Assembly: GCA_026014495.1 (NCBI GenBank)
Contig: JAOZIF010000148.1
Location: 1 to 14,045 of the forward strand
DNA: 14,045 bases
Direction: 5' to 3'
Source of the DNA: Candidatus Bathyarchaeum sp.
GTDB taxonomy: Archaea; Thermoproteota; Bathyarchaeia; Bathyarchaeales; Bathyarchaeaceae
Shown in pieces: positions 1 through 7,852 of this stretch. The translations under genes and the position numbers were made by a program. The notes beneath the pieces were generated by a model. The model was not told the origin of the DNA, searched no databases, and saw only the letters and a list, made by a program, of their open reading frames with translations. Position 1 is the stretch's first letter. The number at the start of each line of letters is the position of its first letter.

Positions 1-475
1 CGCCTCTTTCGAGATATTCAAGAACAAACCACCAGTCACCAATTAACGGAAAAGTTGCTTTGTCCAGCATTGGTATGTCATTTAATTCTTCGTGAGTGTG
101 CTTGGCTCCTAAAGGCGCCATTGACGGATTCATAACCGTGGTATAACCCATTTTTGAATAGCGATAACCAGTCGTAAAAGTTGACGGAATAGAGTAGCCA
201 ACACCAGACCTTGTTATGGCAGTCTTGTATTCAACATCTTTCACATGATCTTCTGGGCGCAAGAGTCTACCAGTGTTTACTTCTCCACCAGCAATGTGAG
301 TGTGAATGTCCACGCCACCAGGCATCACAGTTAAGCCAGTCGCGTCAACAATCTTTGCCTTGAGGTCACTAACAGTTTCAACGATTTTTCCATTCCGTAT
401 GGCTATATCCATTTTTTCTCCGTTAATCCCGTTGATGGGATCAAAGACAAAGCCGTTTTTTATCAGTAACTCCAT
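1..475 (-). CDS. fwdA: Formylmethanofuran dehydrogenase subunit A, 5' part (runs off the window start)
   Basis: Not in the ORF track; translated by hand from the ATG at 475-473: MELLIKNGFVFDPINGINGEKMDIAIRNGKIVE...VMPGGVDIHTHIAGGEVNTGRLLRPEDH...STFTTGYRYSKMGYTTVMNPSMAPLGAKHTHEEL. Contains the amidohydrolase PGGVDIHTH metal motif and the FwdA-type GYRY..MGYTT block. Starts 1 nt after the fwdB stop codon. Confidence 0.93.
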   Translation of the reverse strand, partial: MELLIKNGFVFDPINGINGEKMDIAIRNGKIVETVSDLKAKIVDATGLTVMPGGVDIHTHIAGGEVNTGRLLRPEDHVKDVEYKTAITRSGVGYSIPSTFTTGYRYSKMGYTTVMNPSMAPLGAKHTHEELNDIPMLDKATFPLIGDWWFVLEYLERG

Positions 476-476
476 T

Positions 477-1940
477 TTAGTTTGCCTCTTTACTCTTTTG
501 TGATTTTATACGTCGAACTTCTTCGAGTATTCTAGTCAATATTTCTTCATCTGAAAGGAACCCTTCTGGGGCCTCAACTACTTTTTTGAGAGGAAGTGGT
601 ACATGATCCATACGATAGGCAGTACCTTCTTTTTCTATACCTACGATTGACGATGGGAAGACCACGTCGCCTACCATCGAGGTGACGTTCATGTGAGGGT
701 CAATTACGATAAGAGGGTTCTTGACTAGGTGTTCAGCCGCTTTTTTCGGAAAGTTACTAACAGGGTCTGAAGCAATCACAAGGGCTGCGTCTGACTCTTT
801 TCGCAATAAAATGTCGACGACAGATGTTTCTCCTGGGTTGTATTGAGGATAACCTAAGGAAAAATCAATTGCGTAAGGATAGCCGCTCTGCCATGTGAAA
901 ACTGTGTTTGCACCGGTAACGTTAAAATGTCCTCTCATAGGTATGATGACAAATTTTGTTCGCATGTTTAAATCGCGTATGAGTGAAATTGCATCCTCTA
1001 TGTTTCTAAATTTACCTGCGCTCTGAGTTAAACCCATACCGAAAAATATTACCCCAAACTGGGCATTAATCATGACGTCAACTAGCTCTTCCAGATATTT
1101 CACCGAAACGCCGCCAACCTCATCAACGTCAAGCTCCTGTTCCTTAACTAGTGCGCGTATTGCCTGCATTAGTTCAAAGTCTTTGCCTGGTTTGACTTGG
1201 ATGAAATAGTCAGCCGCTTTGGCAGTCATTGTTTCTCGGACATCAACTACTACTAGTTTGCGTCCTTCTTTATTCAGGGTTTCAGGAGGCTTATTGTCAC
1301 TTACAGTTTCAGTGCTTTCACAGTGGAGGCCTCTTCTCCTTGCAGCACTTGACAGCTTTTTCTCGCCTATTGAAGCCTTAACTTTGTTAAGATAACTTTT
1401 CCATTCACTAGATTCAAATCGTCCGTCTGTGAATGATGTATACCGTTCTAAGTGTCTTGGATGTGCGCTCCATGGGTCACATCCCCAATAAATAATCAAA
1501 TCGGCACGGTGCCTAATCTGCCCCAATGTGGCTGTTGGGATTCCCACTTCTTGAACACCTAGAATTGACGGTCCATGACAAACAACTGCCGTGTTATCAA
1601 GGACACCGCCTACATTTTCCGCAATCTCCACGCCTACCCGTTGGGCTTCGCAGTCAGTAGAACTCCAACCATACAATATTGGATAGTTGGCGTTGGCGAG
1701 AATCTCAGCGGATTTGTGTATTGCTTCTTCATAGGAAACAGGAACCAGTTTTCCATCCTTTCGTACGAGAGGCGTTTTAGTGCGATGCTCGCTTATGTAA
1801 TTTAGAAATTTGGACTCACACATTGCACAGCCGTTTTTCACCTGAGTTACTTTGCCATCTGCGATGGTCAATTCAATGTCGTCACATAAACAGCCGCAAA
1901 CTGGACATGTTACAGATTTAACTATTGACATAACTTTCAC
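477..1940 (-). CDS. fwdB: Formylmethanofuran dehydrogenase subunit B (Mo/W-bisPGD catalytic subunit), Cys form
   Basis: N-terminal CPVCGCLCDDI [4Fe-4S] motif; metal-ligand motif VCHGPS with codon TGT at 1580-1578 (Cys, not Sec); RADLIIYWG, HPRH, IPMRGHFNVTG and YNPGET blocks. The GTG start overlaps the fwdD TGA (GTGA); an alternative ATG is at 1931. Confidence 0.93.
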   Translation of the reverse strand: MKVMSIVKSVTCPVCGCLCDDIELTIADGKVTQVKNGCAMCESKFLNYISEHRTKTPLVRKDGKLVPVSYEEAIHKSAEILANANYPILYGWSSTDCEAQRVGVEIAENVGGVLDNTAVVCHGPSILGVQEVGIPTATLGQIRHRADLIIYWGCDPWSAHPRHLERYTSFTDGRFESSEWKSYLNKVKASIGEKKLSSAARRRGLHCESTETVSDNKPPETLNKEGRKLVVVDVRETMTAKAADYFIQVKPGKDFELMQAIRALVKEQELDVDEVGGVSVKYLEELVDVMINAQFGVIFFGMGLTQSAGKFRNIEDAISLIRDLNMRTKFVIIPMRGHFNVTGANTVFTWQSGYPYAIDFSLGYPQYNPGETSVVDILLRKESDAALVIASDPVSNFPKKAAEHLVKNPLIVIDPHMNVTSMVGDVVFPSSIVGIEKEGTAYRMDHVPLPLKKVVEAPEGFLSDEEILTRILEEVRRIKSQKSKEAN

Positions 1941-2338
1941 TTTCCAAATTGGCTTTTAAGTAATTCTTTCAAGCTTAAGACCGGCTTATCAGGAGCTGCC
2001 TCAACTTCAGCGGGAGTTCCTCTGAAAGAAGGCATCCCAATGCTTGTTGTCTCGTTGCTGACAATTGAGTTAGCCCAAGGTCCATAAGGAATGTAAATCA
2101 TGCTGGGCATTGCACCTCTTGGATACTTTACCGCCCTAAGCACTACAGCGCCATTTGGAGTCGTCACCAGAATATTTGTTTTGTTCTTTATCCCCAGTTT
2201 CTTCATGTCACATATATCCATGTAACACATTGTGGTGCTTTCAAAATACCCTTTTGTGGCTTTTCCAGCCTCTTTGCCTACGCCCTGCTCAATAGTTCGG
2301 CCTGTAAGCAAAGTTACATGTAACTTTTGTTGAACCAT
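1937..2338 (-). CDS. fwdD: Formylmethanofuran dehydrogenase subunit D (molybdopterin-dinucleotide-binding domain)
   Basis: LLTGRTIEQG, IYIPYGPWAN and TTSIGMPSFRG motifs typical of FwdD; 133 aa; 4-nt overlap with fwdB. Confidence 0.9.
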   Translation of the reverse strand: MVQQKLHVTLLTGRTIEQGVGKEAGKATKGYFESTTMCYMDICDMKKLGIKNKTNILVTTPNGAVVLRAVKYPRGAMPSMIYIPYGPWANSIVSNETTSIGMPSFRGTPAEVEAAPDKPVLSLKELLKSQFGK

Positions 2339-2371
2339 ATTGCCTGACCTTACAAATAGGAAATTGTGGAG

Positions 2372-2381
2372 TTATATTTAA
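2372..2381 (-). promoter_or_regulatory. Putative archaeal TATA box for the fwdDBA operon
   Basis: The minus strand reads TTAAATATAA, about 33 nt upstream of the fwdD ATG. Confidence 0.5.
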
Positions 2382-2513
2382 GTGGTGAGTTTCAAAAAAA
2401 TGTAGAATTTAACATTGATCAAAGTCTGTAGCTACTTTTGGGCAGACAATTGCAGAGTAGTTACACTTAGACGGTAATTGTTGAAAAATCAAAGTTAGTG
2501 TCATAAACTAGTT

Positions 2514-3302
2514 TCAGAACACTATCCTTTCTGGGCAGGTATAGATGTTAATACGTTTTCCTCTTATGAAGCCCGCCAAAGTCAAACATGCAGATTCAGC
2601 CATCGTTATACCTGAAGAAAGTGCAGCTGACAAGGAGGCAATGATTGGCAAACCAACATTTGCTACTTTGAACGCTACGTCACCTGACATTCTCCCACTC
2701 AAAGCCAAGAAACAATCACCAAAATCAACCTTATTTAAAGCAGCCATACCAATCACTTTGTCTACGGCATTATGCCTACCCACATCTTCAGCCAAAGCAA
2801 CCAATTGACCACCAGCCTTGTATATTGCGGCAACATGAAAACCACCTGTTCGTCGGTAACCTTCAGCTTTGAAGTTAAGTTGTTTAACGCTGTCAAATAT
2901 GATTTGAGCTTTAACCTTTAGGCTCGATTTTACTTTGAGGTTTTTGTCGGAGTTCTGGTAAAGTGAGCCATCTCCGCAAGCTGAGTGGATTATACGTGCA
3001 TGGAGCCTTGAAATCTTTACACGTTCTTTAACTTTGATTTCTGGTTTCAACTTAACGTAACAAGTGCTTTCAGATTCTTTAAAAATGACTTCTTCAATTT
3101 CTTCGATAGATTTGAGTATGCCTTCAGACAGAAAATGTCCAACTGCTAATGCTTGAATGTCTGTTGGTGAGCACAAAATTGTTGCCCAGAAATTCGTGTT
3201 AATCAAAAGGTAAAGCGGCTTTTCTTCAGCAATGTAGTCTGGGATGATTTGAGCCTTTCCTGTGGACATGTCAAGCCGAGTTATGTTTACTTGCTGAACC
3301 AT
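2514..3302 (-). CDS. fdhD: Formate dehydrogenase accessory sulfurtransferase FdhD
   Basis: Signature EDVGRHNAVDKVIG, plus TGGFHVAA, LSGRMS and LAGFIRG blocks. The ATG at 3302 is preferred over the track's GTG at 3311 because AGGTG (3313-3309) looks like its ribosome-binding site. Confidence 0.9.
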   Translation of the reverse strand: MVQQVNITRLDMSTGKAQIIPDYIAEEKPLYLLINTNFWATILCSPTDIQALAVGHFLSEGILKSIEEIEEVIFKESESTCYVKLKPEIKVKERVKISRLHARIIHSACGDGSLYQNSDKNLKVKSSLKVKAQIIFDSVKQLNFKAEGYRRTGGFHVAAIYKAGGQLVALAEDVGRHNAVDKVIGMAALNKVDFGDCFLALSGRMSGDVAFKVANVGLPIIASLSAALSSGITMAESACLTLAGFIRGKRINIYTCPERIVF

Positions 3303-3402
3303 ATTCAACACCTATCTTGTTATTCATTTCTCAGATTAAATAATATAACGTGTTTACGGCTTCAGCAGTTTGGCTTCAAATAATAAGAAAATTTTGAAGG
3401 TA

Positions 3403-3412
3403 AATTAAATAG
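3403..3412 (+). promoter_or_regulatory. Putative TATA box for mobA (AATTAAATAG)
   Basis: The identical 10-mer occurs at 6347-6356 in front of tusA. The two copies lie 52 and 55 nt upstream of their start codons. Confidence 0.45.
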
Positions 3413-3463
3413 GTTGGACATGAATCCATAAACCTGAGCAAAAAAAATTGTTGTTATAAGGTA

Positions 3464-4552
3464 ATGGGCATGGCTAATCGCGCTGCAATAATACTTTCAG
3501 GAGGAAGAGCTGAAAGATTTCAAAATGCACAAGAAATTTGGCAAGACAAAGCTCTTGTTGTGCTTCATGGAAAGCCTCTTCTTGTTCATGCTGTTGAAAA
3601 CGTTAATGATGTTGTAGACGAAGTCGTGGTGTGTGTAAACAACGAAAAACGAAAAGCACACTACCTTGAAGTTCTAAAAAAACACAACATAAAAAACGCT
3701 AAACTACTTGTCGATGAAAAACGTAACAATATGGGCGGACCTATTGTTGGGATTCTAACTGGACTTTTTGCTGTTAAAGCAGATTATTGTTTTACACTTC
3801 CTTCTGACATGCCTTTTTTCCAGCCAAATGTCATCGATTACATGTTTGAATCACTAAAAGATTCACGTGTTTTAGTGCCGATGTGGCCTAATGGGCGGCT
3901 GGAAACGCTGACAATGGTTACTAAAAAACCGGATGTACTGGAAATTGCGAAAACACTTTACACGTTAAAGCGCCCCCGTTCCGACGACATAATGCGTGGA
4001 GCATTAAATGTTGTGCTTATGTCGATTGCCGACGAACTAATGGTTTTGGACCCCAAACTAAAAAGTTTTATTAACATTAACTCTCAAGCAGATTTTGTTA
4101 AGTTGCAGCCCCGTCAAGGTCAAGGACCATTTGTTGAAAGCGTGAGATTAACCTTTGGTGACCTGCCACTGCCTGAGCTGTTGAGGCTTCAAAAAGCTTC
4201 AGAACTGTTAAGTGATGACAACTTGTTGGAAGCATCAAAAGTCCTCTTTTCATGTTCAACTCAGTTAGAAACAGAAGGCTCGTATTTTTGGGCAGCAGTA
4301 AGCCGGGAAACTGAAGGAAAGTGTCTTCTACGTTTATCGGAACAGCAAGGATGTTCAGAATTTGCTCAACAGTATTTAGTTGATTGCAAAGAAGCGCTTC
4401 TGAAAGCTGTCAAGAATTATGAGTTGGAAGCTAAGTTGTACGACCATTATCATAGCATTTTCTTGGCAGAACGCGCAAGGTCGAACATGAATTGGTGTAA
4501 ATCTTTTGTTCGGGGTAAACTTTGCAAAATTGAAGGCTCTGCTTCAAGATAG
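3464..4552 (+). CDS. mobA: Molybdenum/tungsten cofactor guanylyltransferase (MobA-like NTP transferase) with an extra C-terminal helical domain
   Basis: ILSGGRAERF..DK, GGPIVGILTG, LPSDMPF and FININS motifs cover residues ~1-210. A further ~150 aa have no recognised motif. The gene is divergent from fdhD. Confidence 0.8.
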   Translation: MGMANRAAIILSGGRAERFQNAQEIWQDKALVVLHGKPLLVHAVENVNDVVDEVVVCVNNEKRKAHYLEVLKKHNIKNAKLLVDEKRNNMGGPIVGILTGLFAVKADYCFTLPSDMPFFQPNVIDYMFESLKDSRVLVPMWPNGRLETLTMVTKKPDVLEIAKTLYTLKRPRSDDIMRGALNVVLMSIADELMVLDPKLKSFININSQADFVKLQPRQGQGPFVESVRLTFGDLPLPELLRLQKASELLSDDNLLEASKVLFSCSTQLETEGSYFWAAVSRETEGKCLLRLSEQQGCSEFAQQYLVDCKEALLKAVKNYELEAKLYDHYHSIFLAERARSNMNWCKSFVRGKLCKIEGSASR

Positions 4553-4630
4553 CCTGTTCAGAGTTGTGACTGTTTTAAATCTTCTGAAGCTGTGTGTGCC
4601 GCTTTTTGAAAAGATGTCATTGTGATGTTT

Positions 4631-4708
4631 TGGTAGCGGGGAGTTGATTTGAACAACCGATCTCTGGGTTATGAGCCCAGCGGGTTCACCTGGCTACCCC
4701 ACCCCGCT
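4631..4708 (-). tRNA. Initiator tRNA-Met (CAT), archaeal type, CCA encoded, no intron
   Basis: The minus strand reads AGCGGGG TG GGGT AGCCAGGTGA ACCC G CTGGG CTCATAA CCCAG AGATC GGTTG TTCAAAT CAACT CCCCGCT A CCA. It shows an A1:U72 pair, G11:C24 and three G:C pairs at the base of the anticodon stem, all initiator hallmarks. Confidence 0.97.
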
Positions 4709-4871
4709 ACGTTGGGGCTAAAAGTTTTTGCCAGTCTAACTTTGTAGCCCGATGGATACCTTTTGTCGCACTCTTTCTTAAGCTTTGCTTTATCTTGTGT
4801 TTTGTTTCGGTTTACACTTGTCGTGGATGTGATGTTATATTTTGTGTGGTAACGGAAATCCTTTAACAATC

Positions 4872-4880
4872 CTTAAATTT
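4872..4880 (+). promoter_or_regulatory. Putative TATA box of the malic enzyme gene (probably a leaderless mRNA)
   Basis: CTTAAATTT ends 22 nt before the ATG at 4903, and no Shine-Dalgarno sequence lies in between. Confidence 0.35.
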
Positions 4881-4902
4881 CATAACTCTGAAAGCACAAT
4901 AC

Positions 4903-6261
4903 ATGACCAAAAAGTTAACCGTGGACGAACTTCTTGAAAAAGCAAAGAAACCTGCCAAGCTGGCGTTAGCTTATCATCCTTTCTACGCGGGAAAAGTTCA
5001 GGTTATGCCAAAATGTGTTATACGTGGTTCACAGGACTTTGCTATCTGGTATACTCCAGGTGTGGCTGCGTCCTGTAAAGCAATAAAAGATGACCCTGAA
5101 CAGGTTTTTTCTCATACGAGCAAATGGAACTATGTGGGTATTGTGAGTGACGGAACACGTGTGTTGGGTTTAGGTGACATCGGTCCAGAAGCTGCAATGC
5201 CTGTTATGGAAGGAAAAGCTTTGCTTTTTAAGTATCTTGGTGGTGTGGATGCTTTTCCTATATGTTTGGCAACAAAAAAGCCAGAGGATTTAGTTACTGC
5301 GTGTAAGTGGCTTGAGCCCACGTTTGGCGGCATAAACTTGGAGGATATTTCTAAACCTAAATGTTTCCATGTGCTAAACAATGCCCGTGATGAACTTAAT
5401 ATTCCCGTTTGGCACGACGACCAGCAGGGAACTGCCACAGTCATTCTGGCTGGGCTAATTAATGCCCTGAAGCTGGTTGGAAAACCTATGGATCAGGCAA
5501 AAATTGTTATACTTGGTGTAGGCGCGGCGAACACGCGAACTGCTTTGGTTGTTATGCGTGCAGGAGTTAAAGCTGGCAACCTAGTGATGGTTGATAGTCG
5601 CGGGATTTTGCATCCAAACCGAAAGGATGTGGAAGCAAGAAAGGAAGAGAATCCTTGGAAGTGGCGTTTTTGTCTTGAAACTAACAGTGAAGGACTTACT
5701 GGTGGTCCAGAAGAGGCACTGAAGGGTGCGGATGTTGTTATCGCTGCTTCTAAGCCAAGTCCTGATACTATCAAAAAGTCTTGGGTTAGTAGTATGGCAA
5801 CTGATTCGATTGTTTTTGCGTGTGCGAATCCAATTCCTGAGATTTGGCCTTGGGACGCAAAAGAGGCAGGAGCAAAGATTGTAGCTACTGGTCGTTCGGA
5901 TTTTGATAATCAGATAAACAATTCGTTGGGTTTTCCTGCTATCTTCAGGGGAGTTTTGGATGTTAAAGCCACGACTGTAACTGATGATATGTGTATTGCT
6001 GCGGCGAATGAGTTGGCGATTTTTGCGGAGGAGCGGGGCATCACCGAGGATGATATTGTTCCACGTATGGATGAGTGGGAAGTCTTTCCTAGGGAAGCTG
6101 TTGCGTGTGCTTTGGAGTCTATCAAGGAAGGTGTTGCTCGGGTCAAGCCAAGCAGGCAAGAGTTGTATGAACGGGCAACGCACATCATTAAGACTGCTCG
6201 AGAATCCACCGAGTTGTTGATGAAAAAAGGGCTTATTCCGCCTCCGCCAGAAGATATTTGA
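4903..6261 (+). CDS. NAD(P)-dependent malic enzyme (short MaeB-type, no PTA domain)
   Basis: VSDGTRVLGLGDIGPEAAMPVMEGKALLFK, GINLEDI, WHDDQQGTA, FACANPIPEI and ATGRSDFDNQINNSLGFPAIFRG motifs; 452 aa. Confidence 0.95.
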   Translation: MTKKLTVDELLEKAKKPAKLALAYHPFYAGKVQVMPKCVIRGSQDFAIWYTPGVAASCKAIKDDPEQVFSHTSKWNYVGIVSDGTRVLGLGDIGPEAAMPVMEGKALLFKYLGGVDAFPICLATKKPEDLVTACKWLEPTFGGINLEDISKPKCFHVLNNARDELNIPVWHDDQQGTATVILAGLINALKLVGKPMDQAKIVILGVGAANTRTALVVMRAGVKAGNLVMVDSRGILHPNRKDVEARKEENPWKWRFCLETNSEGLTGGPEEALKGADVVIAASKPSPDTIKKSWVSSMATDSIVFACANPIPEIWPWDAKEAGAKIVATGRSDFDNQINNSLGFPAIFRGVLDVKATTVTDDMCIAAANELAIFAEERGITEDDIVPRMDEWEVFPREAVACALESIKEGVARVKPSRQELYERATHIIKTARESTELLMKKGLIPPPPEDI

Positions 6262-6265
6262 GAAA

Positions 6266-6320
6266 AAGCTGGTTGATGGGTGCTTTGGGGCGTCCAGCTT
6301 CTTTTCTTTTTGGTTTTTTG
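6266..6320 (+). terminator. Putative terminator after the malic enzyme gene
   Basis: AAGCTGG (6266-6272) and CCAGCTT (6294-6300) form a 7-bp stem, followed by cttttctttttggttttttg. Confidence 0.45.
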
Positions 6321-6331
6321 CCCTGTCAAGC

Positions 6332-6348
6332 CTATAACATAGTTATAA
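6332..6348. promoter_or_regulatory. Palindromic operator candidate CTATAAC-ata-GTTATAA upstream of tusA
   Basis: 6-3-6 inverted repeat directly 5' of the TTAAATA box; the same motif occurs at 12708-12724. Confidence 0.6.
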
Positions 6349-6410
6349 TTAAATAGAGGGGAAACTATTTAGGTTATACAAAGAATTTTTGGTTTGTTGG
6401 AGGTTTGTAA

Positions 6411-6653
6411 TTGGGTAACCAAACTAAACCTGACAAAAACCTTGACTGCGTTGGTCTTTACTGTCCTGAACCCGTCTTTAGGACCCGTCAGGAACTCGAC
6501 AAACTTGATGTAGGCGAGGTTTTGGAGGTAATTGCGGACGACCCAGCTGCTGAGGCTGATATTCCTCTTCTGGTCAAGAGGCTTGGTTTAAAACTTCTTG
6601 AGATGTACAAAGAAGGCGATCAGATTCATTTTGTTATCAAAAAAGTAGAATAG
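6411..6653 (+). CDS. tusA: TusA/SirA-family sulfur carrier protein
   Basis: LDCVGLYCPEP (CPxP motif) and LEVIADDPAAEADIP; 80 aa; TTG start with GGAGGT at 6399-6404. Confidence 0.9.
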   Translation: MGNQTKPDKNLDCVGLYCPEPVFRTRQELDKLDVGEVLEVIADDPAAEADIPLLVKRLGLKLLEMYKEGDQIHFVIKKVE

Positions 6654-6667
6654 GAAGATTGTAACGC

Positions 6668-7843
6668 TTGAGAAAAGTGTATATGGATAACGGCGCTGGA
6701 ATGCCTCTAGATTCTAGAGTATTTGAAGCCATGAAACAGTACTTCATGGATGATTACGGTAATCCTTCTTCATCGCACTCTTTTGGAAACGCCGCCAAAA
6801 GCGCTATTGAGACTGCACGAGAAAAAGTTGCCCAGTTGATATCTGCGGAGAAGCCTCAAGAAATAATCTTTACTTCAGGAGGCACCGAATCCAACAATCT
6901 GGCAATAAAGGGTGTTGCCTACCGCAACCGTGCCAAAGGAAACCACATCATAACAACAGCTATCGAGCACATGTCTGTGATAAACATCTGCAAGTACCTT
7001 CAAAAAGAAGGCTTTGAAGTAACCTACGTTCCTGTAGACAAACAGGGCGTAGTTGACCTCAAAAAACTCAAAGCTGCAATAAACGAAAAAACCATACTCA
7101 TTTCAGTTATGTATGCAAACGGCGAAATTGGAACCATTCAGCCGATAAATGAGATTGGACAGTTAGCCAAAGAAAACAATGTTTTGTTTCATGTTGATGC
7201 TGTGGCTGCGGCAGGAAAGGTGCCAATAAACGTTCAAGAACAAAACATTGACCTTTTGTCAGTTTCTTCTAATGACATGTATGGACCCAAAGGCGTGGGT
7301 GCCCTGTACATAAAGAAGGGAACAAAGATTGTGCCCATCATTCAGGGTGGTGGTCAAGAGAGTGGATTGCGTTCAGGAACAGAAAACATTCCGGGCATAG
7401 TTGGCATGGGCAAAGCTGCAGAGCTTGCGCAATCTGAGATGGAATCTGAGAGCAAACGTTTGATTGGCCTGCGGGACAACCTAATCAAAGGAGTTTTGGA
7501 TAAAATTCCTTACTCTTTTTTGAATGGTCATCCCACAGCGAGACTTCCTAATAACGCAAACCTCAGGTTTAGTTATATAGAAGGGGAGTCTCTCATTTTA
7601 GGTCTGGACATGTATGGAATCCAAGTGTCCTCAGGCTCTGCGTGCACATCAAAAACGTTGCAGCCTTCGCATGTGCTCATGGCGATAGGTTTGCCCCATG
7701 AACAGGCTCACGGGTCTTTGGTGTTCACTTTGGGCAAACAAACCACACAAGAGGATGTGGATTACGTGCTGGAACTATTACCCGATGTGGTGAAAAGATT
7801 ACGGGCGCTTTCGCCCCTAACCCCAAAGGAACTCTTGAGGTGA
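6668..7843 (+). CDS. iscS: IscS/NifS-family (group I) protein, atypical: the PLP Schiff-base Lys is replaced by Asp
   Basis: GNPSS, FTSGGTESNNLAIKG, EHMSV, ANGEIGTIQPI, GGGQESGLRSGTEN and SSGSACTS (Cys326). The usual S(G/A)HKxYGPKG motif reads SSNDMYGPKG. Confidence 0.92.
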   Translation: MRKVYMDNGAGMPLDSRVFEAMKQYFMDDYGNPSSSHSFGNAAKSAIETAREKVAQLISAEKPQEIIFTSGGTESNNLAIKGVAYRNRAKGNHIITTAIEHMSVINICKYLQKEGFEVTYVPVDKQGVVDLKKLKAAINEKTILISVMYANGEIGTIQPINEIGQLAKENNVLFHVDAVAAAGKVPINVQEQNIDLLSVSSNDMYGPKGVGALYIKKGTKIVPIIQGGGQESGLRSGTENIPGIVGMGKAAELAQSEMESESKRLIGLRDNLIKGVLDKIPYSFLNGHPTARLPNNANLRFSYIEGESLILGLDMYGIQVSSGSACTSKTLQPSHVLMAIGLPHEQAHGSLVFTLGKQTTQEDVDYVLELLPDVVKRLRALSPLTPKELLR

Positions 7844-7852
7844 AAATAAAGT

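Noticed and set aside
1578-1580. Possible selenocysteine at the FwdB metal ligand
   Set aside because: The codon is TGT (Cys). There is no in-frame TGA and no SECIS-like element was noticed.
2467-2487. Possible fourth full copy of the 35-bp element
   Set aside because: Only the tail matches (17/21) and the hairpin is absent, so it is noted as a partial copy rather than listed as a feature.
4631-4708. tRNA as the integration site of a mobile element
   Set aside because: No duplicate of the tRNA 3' end and no integrase were seen in the window, and the flanking genes are metabolic.
4669-4869. 66-aa minus-strand ORF
   Set aside because: It overlaps the tRNA and has no recognisable motif, so it is probably spurious.
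6350-6371. Inverted repeat TAAATAG-N8-CTATTTA in the tusA promoter
   Set aside because: It occurs once, is AT-rich, and one arm is the TATA box itself. It may be a second binding site but has no independent support.
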